A stretch of 63,971 nucleotides of DNA, counting the filler, from Lenisia limosa (lineage: Eukaryota > Protista > Breviatea): the NCBI GenBank assembly GCA_001655205.1. It is 7 parts of 7 records of this genome, joined end to end, with 100 filler letters (N's around TTAATTAATTAA, not from the genome) between each part and the next. Parts side by side here need not be neighbours in the genome. Positions count along the whole stretch, not along the records: positions 1 to 29,273 come from LPNZ01009984.1; positions 29,374 to 38,420 come from LPNZ01004847.1; 5 more parts are not named here. The stretch is one strand, 5' to 3'. The stretch's first letter is position 1. Each line of letters opens with the position of its first letter. Positions 27,001 to 36,874 of the stretch are shown here, piece by piece. Under the pieces are notes generated by a model that was given only the letters and a program-made list of their open reading frames with translations, was not told where the DNA came from and ran no database searches. A program made the translations under genes and the position numbers.

Positions 27001-29228
27001 CGGCATGGAGCAACGGTGCTGTCACCTCCTGCGATGGCGCTGACGTGTACCAAGATATGAACTGCACTGTCACGTGCCCCACCACTCGCCGCATTAGATC
27101 ATTGATCGCCTGTGAGTCTGATGGCTCATGGTCGATGCCTGAGGTCTGCGACCAATACGTCAGCTGTGACTCCTTCCCGTCCTACAAATACGGCAACATC
27201 ACCACCAACAAAACTGTAGTCTACGCGGACACTGTCGTCACTGTCACTTGTCCTGCTGGCATGGTAGCTGTTGACCCCACCCCGTCTTGCGACGCTGTCA
27301 CTGGCGAATGGCCAACTCAGATTTGCTTCAACCCCCGTGCCTGTAACACGATTTCCGGCTATGAAACCGCTATCACTCACTGTCTCCCAAGTGATACGCT
27401 CGACATTGAGTCACGTTGTTCGTTCAACTGCTCAGAAGGCCTCAAGAAGACCGTTTCGGTTCTTCAATGTAGTCCTACTGACGGTACCTGGCCAACCACC
27501 CCTTGTGTGCCATACTACAACTGCAGCGCCATGCCCGTCTACAACCACACTACCGCCACCTGTGACCGCGACGGCTACCTTATGGAGGGCCAAAGCTGCT
27601 CATTCACCTGCGAACGTGGCTCCAAAACATCGATCGCATCCTTCACCTGTGTTGACGGCGCTGATTGGCCTGCCACCATCTGCGAAGAGATTCCTCTCTG
27701 TCCCGCAATCCCGTCCTACACTGTTGGATCCTTGACCTGCCTCAATAACACCAACACCGACGACATCTGCAACGTCACGTGCCCCGCAGACCACAGACCC
27801 CTCATGTCACAATCCTCCTGTGCCGCCGGCTGGCCAGCTGACATATGTGAGTTCTACTGCCCTCACCCGACCCCCGAGGTCGGAGCCGTGTACTGTCCGC
27901 CAGGCACCATTTATGAGGGTGACCAATGTGTTGTTCAATGCCCTGAGACGCACTTTGCTCCTCTCCACAAGATCACGTGCACCCAAGGCGCTGATTGGCC
28001 CGAAGCCTGTGTGCTCAAGCCCCAGTGTGAGGCCAACCCCATCTTCCCAAGCGGTTCGCTCAACTGCTCATCCGACCCCGTCATGTACCTTGATTACTGT
28101 GACGTCCTTTGCCCGGACTACTTCGACCACGTTGTTGACGCCTCCATCACGTGCGCGCTCAACGCCACGTGGCCCCAACTTCTATGTGTTGAGCAGCCGC
28201 AATGCAAGGACCTCAACATCACCTCACCCGGCTCACTCGACTGCCCGGCGTGGCCAAGCCATGTTGATGTGCCGTGTGCTGCTGTGTGCCCCAACTCCCA
28301 CGTCCCGGTCTCGCCCAACCCCGCTTGTGATGCCGACGGTAACTGGCCGGACCGCCTTTGCATTGTCGAGACTTGCAACCCCGCTGCCTTCACCGGTATT
28401 GGCCAAGTGGTCTGTTCCGACCCGACCCGAGGTGAGAACTGCACCGCCACCTGCCCATACACGCACACGCCAATTGTGAGTGACTTTACCTGCACTATTG
28501 ACGGAGAATGGCCTGAAATCCTCTGTGAGGCCCTCCCGCTGTGCCCCAACATCACCACCTATCTCTACGGTCGCATTGAGTGTGACATGGAAACACCCGT
28601 CACCACCTCGCAATGCACGCCGGTCTGCCCCACTCCCCTTGAAACTGTCTCTACAAACGTTTCTTGCGGTTCGGAGCTGAAGTGGCCTGACCAAGTCTGT
28701 GTTGAGATGCCTGTTTGCGACTCGATTCCGAAATACACTTACGGCACCGTGACTTGTCCCGACGGTCCCGTCTTCAACAGCTCGGCCTGTGACGTATCGT
28801 GCAAGGGGCCTCTCAACCCCCTGGAAAGCACCGTTGCCTGCGACGCGGCCGGACAATGGCCGTCTGAAATCTGCGATCTCGCGCCCATGTGCAAGACCCC
28901 CTCGTATAACGTCGGAACCCTGTGGTGCCACGATAACATCATTGTCAACACCCTCAACTGCACTGTGACCTGTCCTGAGGGCTATAGCGTCATCGATGAA
29001 AAGGTCACGTGCGACGAGAACGGCAATTGGGCCGAAGACATCTGCTCCGGTCCTCCCGTCACGGGACAAGTTTCCTCTGACGACAGCAACTCCACCACGG
29101 TGGACTCATCAGAAACGGACGGTCGCCCCATTTTCGCCCTCTTCGGCCTTGTGATTATTGTTGGTGGTGTCGTAGCCGCGGCTTACATCGTCACTGGCAA
29201 GGAGAAGGAGGAGAAGTCTCTTGATGAG
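57..29228 (+). CDS. Giant multi-exon single-pass cell-surface protein (adhesin / polycystin-1-like mosaic), 5' end upstream of window, 3' cytoplasmic tail cut by contig end
   Basis: Dozens of GT-AG exons with uniform C-ending codon bias on the + strand. The junctions I checked stay in frame (7638/7710 NALRN|VRYQP; 13479/13580 KSLSF|AGILG; 13733/13793 SSVA|VSNS). Two very large exons: 7710-13479 and 23784-29228. Ends in TM IFALFGLVIIVGGVVAAAYIV + TGKEKEEKSLDE. N-gaps inside introns prevent proof that it is a single gene. Confidence 0.8.
441..517. mobile_element. MITE family A, left-truncated, in intron
   Basis: AAAGACTGAATTCTCGATAAATCCTTGATAAATATCG...GGAACCGAAAGTGAAGCTC|TA. Confidence 0.65.
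3215..3762 (+). other. CARDB-like Ig domain within giant protein
   Basis: Spliced translation ADLAVSIP...VTNIGSYQTFSSGDVKVFYG...VPVLLAGESIT...AYADMDDIVAECEETINN matches the CARDB pattern DLxV...VxNxG...DxxNxIxExxExNN. Confidence 0.7.
4528..4907 (+). other. Second CARDB-like domain
   Basis: LPEVDF...VTFDVTNNGEVDILAGRWEARLYSGQPG...LPEILQDETETIRLDI. Confidence 0.55.
5105..9240 (+). other. Tandem cadherin-like / bacterial-adhesin Ig repeats
   Basis: Recurring linkers IEVTPVNDN, IVHEANDA, IAEVDDA, QVFDAPVN; TIEDT; YQPYEDY...VNVTDNGG; VTVNDG. Confidence 0.6.
9300..9760 (+). other. DNRLRE-like beta-sandwich domain
   Basis: RAWLRVRA...LHLLNGGQQWNET...WIEFDITNALQD...FALLAAN...PPYVHL resembles the SATLRL...WNE...WxEFDIT...PYL pattern. 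Confidence 0.45.
11790..11960 (+). other. Thrombospondin type-3 (Ca-binding) repeats
   Basis: KGYCGCGVPEVDTDGDGVPDCADDCPYDSLKIEAGSRGCGFFDLDSKGSGIYDCND. Confidence 0.8.
12790..18620 (+). other. Four GLUG-type beta-helix domains separated by Cys-rich linkers
   Basis: Each copy starts with a DID/LDC + G-x-G-H-type motif (RDLDC..LNGNGH; TDDIDC..YQGHDY; NLNGQSLTIQNL; YKLSSDIDC..FDGQGHTIKNL). GGLVG motifs near 15557, 16435 and 18502. Confidence 0.6.
18174..18268. mobile_element. MITE family A, near full-length copy, in intron of giant gene
   Basis: TA|GGGCTTCACTTTGGTTCGAAAAAA...TTTTTTCGAACCGAAGTGAACCC|TA. Confidence 0.85.
19213..19410 (+). other. Ephrin-receptor-like (GCC2/GCC3) Cys-rich repeat
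   Basis: CVCAMG...CTACPVNFYKSEIGPAPCSEC...TSIDDCVCIIGY. Confidence 0.75.
19525..20750 (+). other. Fibronectin type III domains (about 3)
   Basis: ASPTSMAVSWD...YVIQ...GLLPGMDYNVTFTA; EVVWP...PDLMAQNVYGVFIQ; VSWDAVDGATAYKVF...FAVAAVNPAGTS. Confidence 0.75.
22630..24660 (+). other. PKD/REJ-like module
   Basis: LNYTWSCTTVDGETC; GGLKIEPSSGVEFTTEFMITAPSWEAADG...TYKLFY...YLPAG, typical of REJ domains. Confidence 0.7.
25541..25665 (+). other. Myxococcus-type cysteine-rich repeat (DUF4215-like), followed by a furin-like CxxC segment
   Basis: CGNAIVEAGEDCD...GCTNCSLTVGWTCSGDPSVC, then CATCTKSNPNMCASC. Confidence 0.75.
26103..26207 (+). other. GPS (GAIN-type autoproteolysis) motif
   Basis: W(26103)IAPYITC...LIFQTCHLSQFTIV; H-L-S at 26181-26189 fits the GPS HL/(S/T)xF consensus. 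Confidence 0.6.
26227..29045 (+). repeat. 16 tandem six-cysteine sushi/CCP-like repeats (about 55-60 aa each)
   Basis: Counted 16 units of C...G...C......C...C......C....WP...C in ORF 23814..29321. Confidence 0.85.
29130..29192 (+). other. Transmembrane helix of giant protein
   Basis: IFALFGLVIIVGGVVAAAYIV, preceded by a Ser/Thr/Asp stalk and followed by a charged tail. Confidence 0.85.
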
Positions 29229-29317
29229 GTAAGAGCGAAATGTTCTGCGCTTCTTTTTTTTTTTTTTTTTTTTNNNNNNNNNNNNNNNNNNNNNNNNNNN
29301 NNNNNNNNNNNNNNNNN

Positions 29318-29329
29318 TTAATTAATTAA
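29318..29329. other. Artificial contig-joining linker
   Basis: TTAATTAATTAA (stops in all six frames) embedded in about 100 N. Confidence 0.95.
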
Positions 29330-29834
29330 NNNNNNNNNNNNNNNNNNNNNNNNNNNNNNNNNNNNNNNNNNNNTGTACCGGAAGATTACGTAATCAAATC
29401 CAAAGCAGTTGCTGGTTCGGAAAGGGGTTTTCGCCATTCTGTTTCCCGCCTTTGTCCTCACTCTCTTCTGAGGTTTTGTCCAAACGTTTGGTATATCGCG
29501 TCTCATAATAGAGTAATAAAGTGTGTCAAAATCCCCTCCCCATCACCAACAGCAATTTTACCAATGGTTCGTAACTGTTTGATATAATTCAAAAACAGTA
29601 TCCCCCTCCTCNNNNNNNNNNNNNNNNNNNNNNNNNNNNNNNNNNNNNNNNNNNNNNNNNNNNNNNNNNNNNNNNNNNNNNNNNNNNNNNNNNNNNNNNN
29701 NNNNNNNNNNNNNNNNNNNNNNNNNNNNNNNNNNNNNNNNNNNNNNNNNNNNNNNNNNNNNNNNNNNNNNNNNNNNNNNNNNNNNNNNNNNNNNNNNNNN
29801 NNNNNNNNNNNNNNNNNNNNNNNNNNNNNNNNNN

Positions 29835-31209
29835 CTACATCCGACTTTGCTTCGACTCTTTCAGCCGTCTCGAGAGCTGTTGCTATTTGGGCCAGGAGGA
29901 AATCGAGGTATTTTGGAAGGAACTGAACTGAACTGAACTGAACTCATTATTTTTAGTGGTCGAATCTTCTCTCGCTAGCAGGCATTCCCTCCACCTACCT
30001 CAACAACATCAAGGAACGCGTGCAATCTGTGGGTGCAAAACAACATCGCAGTATTTCAAGAGAGTATCTTTTTTGAACCCCCCCCCCCCTTTTTTTTTGA
30101 AANNNNNNNNNNNNNNNNNNNNNNNNNNNNNNNNNNNNNNNNNNNNNNNNNNNNNNNNNNNNNNNNNNNNNNNNNNNNNNNNNNNNNNNNNNNNAAATTT
30201 ACAGATTATATTGTAACCATATAGGGAGAAGTGACGGACATTATTGAGTTCCTTCGCAAGCCCTGGAGCTTCACGATCTACCATGATCGATTCCCTCAGT
30301 TGCGTAAGGCTCTTCTTGACGACCTAGTTCAAGTGGGTACTCATAAAGCTGCACTTCTGATCGGTTGTACAATATATTTCTCATTTGCTCATATTTGGGT
30401 TGTTTATTGGCTCAGCGTCAACACGCCTGCGAGTGGTTAGGGCTTCCCTACGGTCCCAAAAAAGACCGAAACTCTCGATATATCTTCGATAACTATTGAT
30501 AGTTAATCTCTCTTTTTTGGACTGCAGGGAAGCCCTAATAATGATGGATCAAGCCGTATTCTGACCGTGTAGGACGAATCCTTCCAGAACATTATTTCAG
30601 CGGCCGAGTCGCTTTTGGACAAAGGAAGCCGTTTGGATTGCGGAGGTATGTCTGGGGATTTGTTTTGAGAAGATTGATTGAGACAAATAAACATTTAAAG
30701 GCCTGACCTTCTTTAAGAAGGCAAGTCAGACCTTTTCTCCACTTTATGAATACATCTCATATCTGTAAATGAGAATTAAATGAATATTATATATATCCGA
30801 AGCCATCCATCACATCACGCGTATAATAAGTATTGATTGGAGACTTAAGAGTAAAGACCCATACTATACCGCTTCGTTCCTTGTCTAACTTACCAGTCAC
30901 CACGCGCCTCAGAGGGCTGTTGTCCAACACTGGAGACACTCTCATTACGCGAAAGGTGGGTGGTTCAAATTATTGGTAACTGGATGGGATAACGATCTTT
31001 ATGCTTTTGGAGTGGGCTATTTTCTGCTATGTTAGTTTTTTTTTTTTGATGTAGCTACACCCCTCGTAATTTTTGCATTTCTGGTTCTTATTCCACCCCT
31101 TCAGCTCCAATCGTTCCTTGCCCGCCACCACACCCACCTCCCGATGTACTACATTGATGGCCACCCGGATCTCGACCCCTCACACTATGTTGCTACGGCG
31201 GAGCCCTAG
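29835..31209 (+). CDS. CFAP61: Cilia- and flagella-associated protein 61 homolog, 3' exons
   Basis: Spliced YIRLCFDSFSRLESCCYLGQEEIEWSNLLSLAGIPSTYLNNIKERVQSGEVTDIIEFLRKPWSFTIYHDRF...FLARHHTHLPMYY...EP*. Matches the remembered CFAP61 C-terminus (LNNxxxR...FxxPWxxxxxHDRF...HLPMY). A further exon probably lies at 29374-29470. Confidence 0.85.
30440..30535. mobile_element. MITE family A variant, in CFAP61 intron
   Basis: TA|GGGCTTCCC...GGGAAGCCC|TA, 96 bp. Confidence 0.8.
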
Positions 31210-31572
31210 ATTCCTTTTGTACACTATTTATTGTTTCCTGTGAGTATCATGCAGTTTTTAAGGTTCGATCTGCTGTTCATCCATTACTTTGCCTTTCTTA
31301 CATTCTTACGTGGAGGGGGGGGGGGNNNNNNNNNNNNNNNNNNNNNNNNNNNNNNNNNNNNNNNNNNNNNNNNNNNNNNNNNNNNNNNNNNNNNNNNNNN
31401 NNNNNNNNNNNNNNNNNNNNNNNNNNNNNNNNNNNNNNNNNNNATATATCGATATAACTATATAATATATATAAAATATAATATGTAATTATATACTAGG
31501 GAAAGAAGTTCACGCAACCGTCCAGTTGAATTGTTGCGAGCATAAATGTCTTACACCAGAGATAGAATACAT

Positions 31573-32774
31573 TTAGCCGATAATAAGGAAATACACCATA
31601 AATAAAACATTGAGAAGCACCAGGGGCACTGAAAGGTAAGCAAAGCTCCAACAATGGAAAGTTTAAACAATGGGGGAAATAGCAAAGTCGGAACGTGTTT
31701 GATCCCAATACAATGTTAGAGACTGTAGCAAAACATAAAGATATTATGATTTAGTTTACGTCTAGGAGAAGAGAACAGTATTATCACAACCAAAATGATC
31801 GTTATTTTGTCTTCGCAATAGAGCCTACAAGCAAACTAGATTTTTCAGTGCACAAAAAATACTTATCGCCTCCATTAGCCCCCCTCCCTCCCACATCTCA
31901 AAAGAGTTCTCACTGAAGTGATCAATGAAATAACCTGGTGTTTGATAGGGGATGTGGGCTGACCGAAGTTGTCGTTATTGGAGTCGGCTGTTAAGCCCAC
32001 TAAAGCGTTTGTTATACTATATCATATCATATAATACTAGGAGGAAAAGAGAAATAGTAATAGGTGATATCTTACCGAAGCAGCCCACACTATCTCACTT
32101 TAAAAAGTTACTATAGTATCCAATCATTTGCCTAATAACCTCATATTTACAGATTTCAATGTTGAAAGGGAGAAACATGAGCAAACACAGATAATAACGC
32201 CAAAAAGGCGGATATACATTATATTTCAAGAGAAGAGGTTGTTTGGAAGGAACATTGCAAAGGAATACCAAGGAAGAGAGCTCCAAACAAACAAAAAAAG
32301 AGGGTACTACTTGACCAGTACAAGTCAACAAAACCAAAACAGCAATCGAAAAAACAAGATTTGTGTTATTCAATTTAGCTCTATTCTTGGAAAAAAAGTG
32401 AAGCCCTAGAGCGAAATTACTTCGAGCTTGCCATAGTGGTAAAATTTTACAAAATGAAGTATTTCGCTTATGTTGTCCACAACAGAGCAACGTTTATAAG
32501 GGATAATGACCATGGAACAATATATCATCACCCGCATCTCAAAAAGAACATCTTTGAGTTGCCTCGCTTCAAGAAGCTTACTAGCTGTTATCAAGGAATA
32601 AACTTGAAAAAATCGATATCATAAAGCATACTGCGTGTCCGAGCTTACTTGGTTTCAAGAAGCGCTCTTCATTGAGTACTGCCAAGGCGTTGACGAAGAA
32701 CAGGCCCGACTGATTGGTGAGGCAACTCCAGAACCTACCAAGAAAAGACTTCCAAATCCAAACAAATAGAACAT
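31573..32774 (-). CDS. IER3IP1: Yos1/IER3IP1 ER-Golgi transport membrane protein, complete, 4 exons, 85 aa
   Basis: Exons 32774-32739, 32709-32649, 31999-31895 and 31628-31573 give MFYLFGFGSLFLSGLFFVNALAVLNEERFLKPMGL...IKHQVISLITSVRTLLRLPLVLLNVLFMVYFLIIG*. The NAxAVLxEERFL motif is diagnostic. Confidence 0.93.
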
Positions 32775-33302
32775 GTTGCTGTTATTTCTGGGCTCCTTGG
32801 TGAAACTGTTGTCTACAAGTGGATCCTCAAATTGTCAAATGGGTTGTTCGTATTTTAGTGTGTTGAAGGTGGCTGACCAGTTTCTGCTTCAGTTGCTGAA
32901 TTAAAAAGAAAAAAAGGGGGTTAAAGGGAGGGTGAAGGGATGAAAAGATGTAAAGGCTGTTGCTCTGGGGTTCCCGTGGCCCGGGCTCTCATCCTTACCC
33001 CCAGGCTTCCCAGCAGCTCTGGGTTAATCCGGCCCGTGTTACTTTTTGCCAGTCTTTGTAAATATCATTTGATACAATGATACCTAGCAAATTAGCAAAT
33101 CAATGTTTTTTTGCTAAAAATACCACCTCCGATTTCTTGGGTGTGCATACCCCCAGATATTAATGCACTTAATAAGACAATTAAAGCGAAAAATAAGGCA
33201 AAAAAGCAGCAACAGCACATTTGACAGAAACAACAGACGACAGACTTGCTTGAGGGAATTTGAGAAGAGAAAGAAAGAAGACTTGGAGGCTTGGGAGGTA
33301 GA

Positions 33303-36300
33303 ATGAAGGATATTTTCACACTCTGTCTTCTGCTGACGCTTCTCTCTGGTGTCTTAACATTCCAGCTCCGTCAAGATAAAACAGGTCAGCTTTTGGGGTC
33401 GCCAAATCACATGAATCACTTCCTTCGGATCTCTCGAGTGTGTTATCTACCGCTCTGTCATGAAATCATCACACGTAGACACAAAGTAATTCTTCAGCAA
33501 TTCTTCCTCCCCCCCCCCCCCTTTTTTTTTNNNNNNNNNNNNNNNNNNNNNNNNNNNNNNNNNNNNNNNNNNNNNNNNNNNNNNNCTCTTGAGGCAGGAG
33601 ACGCCACTTTCAACTCGGTTGTGACCCCGAAGCTCTATTCAGCCCCGGGTAGGTCACTTTTCCGTTGTTATGCATATTGGTAGCCTGGGTTTAGTATGAG
33701 GGTTTTATTTTAGTTACAAAATAAGCCATTTTGATGATGTTTGCTGAGATTGGTCAGTTATCGGAAATGGGTGGATTGACAATATTGTAATTAGCCTTGG
33801 CTGTCAAATTCCTCGGCTGGCTATAAGCAATCTCTTTTTTGATTCTGTCAAATTACACTGCCAAACAGTAAATTGGTACCTAATAACAAATCCTATTATA
33901 TTGCAAATGTTCAGTTTATGTTGTGCGTTGTTTTGATCCACACAGTAGCTTTTTTTAAAACGCAATACATCTGATATGTAGTGCGTTATGCTAAAATGAA
34001 ACGCACACAGTTGTAACTAAAAGTATAACTCGTGGTATTTTCTTTTTACTCCAAACTGTCATCGTCATATCTCTAATAAACTCGAGGGTGGACGGTTTCG
34101 GCCAGGTTTTATTTATCATTTCTATGCCTTCGTTCTTCTTTCATCTATCAGGAATTGAGTACTTCCCAACCACCGCCCATACTGTAACTTTGACGGACAC
34201 GTCAATTGACCTCGCAACCCAGCTCAATCCTCTAAGTGGGTCGAATTTGTGCAAGCAAGAATACATAAAATAGAATCTTAGGATATAAAAGAATACATAC
34301 TATGTAGGAATACCATATTATATTATATAGTATATTATATCATACACATAATTACTATACTACTGACACTGCTCAGCTCCAGGTTGAAGATGGTTTCTTC
34401 ATTATCGTGAAAGAGTGGTGGACTTCTGCCTAATATATTCTTTTTTTCATCTGCCTCTCTCATGCAGACTTAAATACGATATATATATCTAATATTATAC
34501 TGTACATACTTTTTGGGGGTTCAAAATACTAAATATTTACAGATTTTTACTTCAGGATCTTTTTGGACTATGTTTTTCAATCTATCCTTGATTTGATGTT
34601 TTGTTAATAAACTTGATATCTCTCTGTTTTACCAATGCTATTAAGGTAGAAAAGCAAGGCATAAAATTGGGTGAATTTATTTTTATATCCAATACCTAGG
34701 CTTCACTTCGGTTCGAATAAACTTGGGAAAATATCGGTAGTTTTCGAGGATTTATCGAGAAATTCAGTCTTTTTTCGAATCGAAGTGAAGCCCTACCAAT
34801 ACTTCTTATAAGAGTGTTGGCCAAGAAGGTTTAGGCCGAATTTCATATAGTGGGTACAAAAACCAATTTTTTTGATTTATACACTCAAACAGCTCACTGC
34901 TTTAGTTGAGAAGTATGCGCCTTATTTGAGCGTATGTTGGGTAAAACTTCACTCAAATGGTGCATGAATAAGATCTAATAATCAATGATCTTTCACCCCA
35001 TCCTATTGTTGTTTTTCACTCTTTTCGAAACCCATCATTTTCATTCCACAGGATATATTTTTACTCTTGCGGTATCAATCATGTTTTTTTTCCTTTCCTG
35101 ACCAATTTAGGTCACCTTGGCCTGCAGTCATGATTGGTTCTGGAAATTGCCCATATCTGTTCCTAAAGATATGCATTTCTATGTTTGTGGTTATACATCA
35201 CTTCAGTGTGGACTTATTTCGGCATGAAAGTCATGGAGTTTATTAGTTATACAAATCGATATTATTGTTCGAGAAACACAGCAATTTTACTTTTCAGATT
35301 AGTGCCCCGAACTGTGTGAAAACAAACGGGGATCTGGAGATCAACCCGACAATTACAGTAACCCTCCATCACTACCAGGTTTGTCAGTGCTTCTATTATC
35401 TCCAAAAATTGAAATACTATCAAAATTGTAACCTTTAAAAGCACAAAACGACTCCACGCGGTTTGATTTCTTGGAATACGTATTTCTGATATATTACTAT
35501 ACACTTTAATGCCAGCTGTGATCCTGGTCTGATGGCATGTTCGTATCATTTTTATCCTTTATTCTCAAGTTTTTATTTTACTGCCTTAGAATGGAGCAAA
35601 AGACAGCATTAAAAAAGCGACTGTTGGAACCCACGGATCATTAAATCTCAATCACATTGTCTTCTTCTCCAATACCACCGGTTATACCTGTAGGTTGGAT
35701 TTGCATTTCCTTTTCCAAGAAGTCACATTTATTCTAGACTTTGGGATACAGCAAACGTAACACTTTCAGATGAAATGGACTCTGCTGAACATGAAGCTCT
35801 TTTCACACTTTCCGGATTCGGAGCCCTCTTTACTGCCTATAATATGAGGTTTTTAGGGTTTCCAAGAAGTGATTTCTCGTAAATTCTGAACTATGCTTAT
35901 TATCTGTAGTTTTGAGATATGCTCAATATTCATAGATGTTTCATGAGGTGTTTTGGTCTACCCCATTGAAACTCTGTAATTGAGAGAATATAATATGCTC
36001 TTCAATTATCATTTTAGAATGAAGAGTGATGTGCCTGTTCTCAATTCCATTAATTTGATGGCAGCAATGAATGTAGGTGTTCCCCATTTTTGGAATATGA
36101 AGTGACAGATCGTCATATAATCCTCGCACCTAGCTGAACCCCGTAGATTAAGTTCAGCCATGTCCAAACGGCAACACCTGGTGGAAAGTGCTACTTCATT
36201 GCGAACAAAAGGGGTATGGCGACTCCTCCTTCAAAAATATCGACATTGTCTCAATTTTATGGATTGTTCATAGAATGATAACATCTATGACTATCTCCCC

Positions 36301-36874
36301 TCCCAAAAACACTTTCATTTTTCTTATACTATTCACCGAAGTATTAATGAAGTGGGAAATAATGTTCGTGCTATGCTGTACCTGAATGCATATGTGTAAT
36401 TATGTGTGTACGGAATTATTGATTGGAATATTTTATATTGGCGCCAATCAGATACACACCATACTACATATGATATCAATCATTGATGTGTTTTCTTACA
36501 ATTTAGGATGGAATTCCGCGAATGGTGATGCAGTTGTCAACATTTCATACATTTATGTGAGGTGGTTCCAGTTTTATAATGTTGGCCACGGAAAGATAAA
36601 CAGAGCTAACTTCCCAGAAAACCTCTGTTGATTTCCCAACATCCACAGGTGGCGTATTCAATACTACCAGTTATCGTTTCACTGGTATTTGGGACGAACT
36701 CACACTCATTACTTTTCTTATTTGTTTAAATTGGGCTAGCTGAGCTCGTTGTCAAATACCGTGATGTGGTCACTTTTTCAATTATGACTGATGACACTAT
36801 CTTCACCACCCCTAGATTCTGATGACATTATCTTCACGCCAGACTTTCGTTACATTGGAACGGTCACATCGTAG
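33303..36874 (+). CDS. Uncharacterised secreted protein with many small exons
   Basis: Signal peptide MKDIFTLCLLLTLLSGVLTFQ, then GT-AG exons (LEAGDATFNSVVTPKLYSAP, IEYFPTTAHTVTLTD, GWNSANGDAVVNISYIY, GGVFNTTSYRFT). Exact structure and stop are tentative. Confidence 0.6.
34699..34793. mobile_element. MITE family A copy, opposite orientation
   Basis: TA|GGCTTCACTTCGGTTCGAA...TTCGAATCGAAGTGAAGCCC|TA. Confidence 0.85.

Noticed and set aside
7698-29069. Many long minus-strand and alternate-frame ORFs over the giant gene (e.g. 16582..17241, 28233..29069)
   Set aside because: Expected shadows of GC-rich, C-ending codon bias; no independent motifs.
30416-30435. Possible CFAP61 micro-exon just before the MITE
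   Set aside because: Including it shifts the frame; direct LVQ|DESFQ splicing preserves the HLPMY C-terminus.
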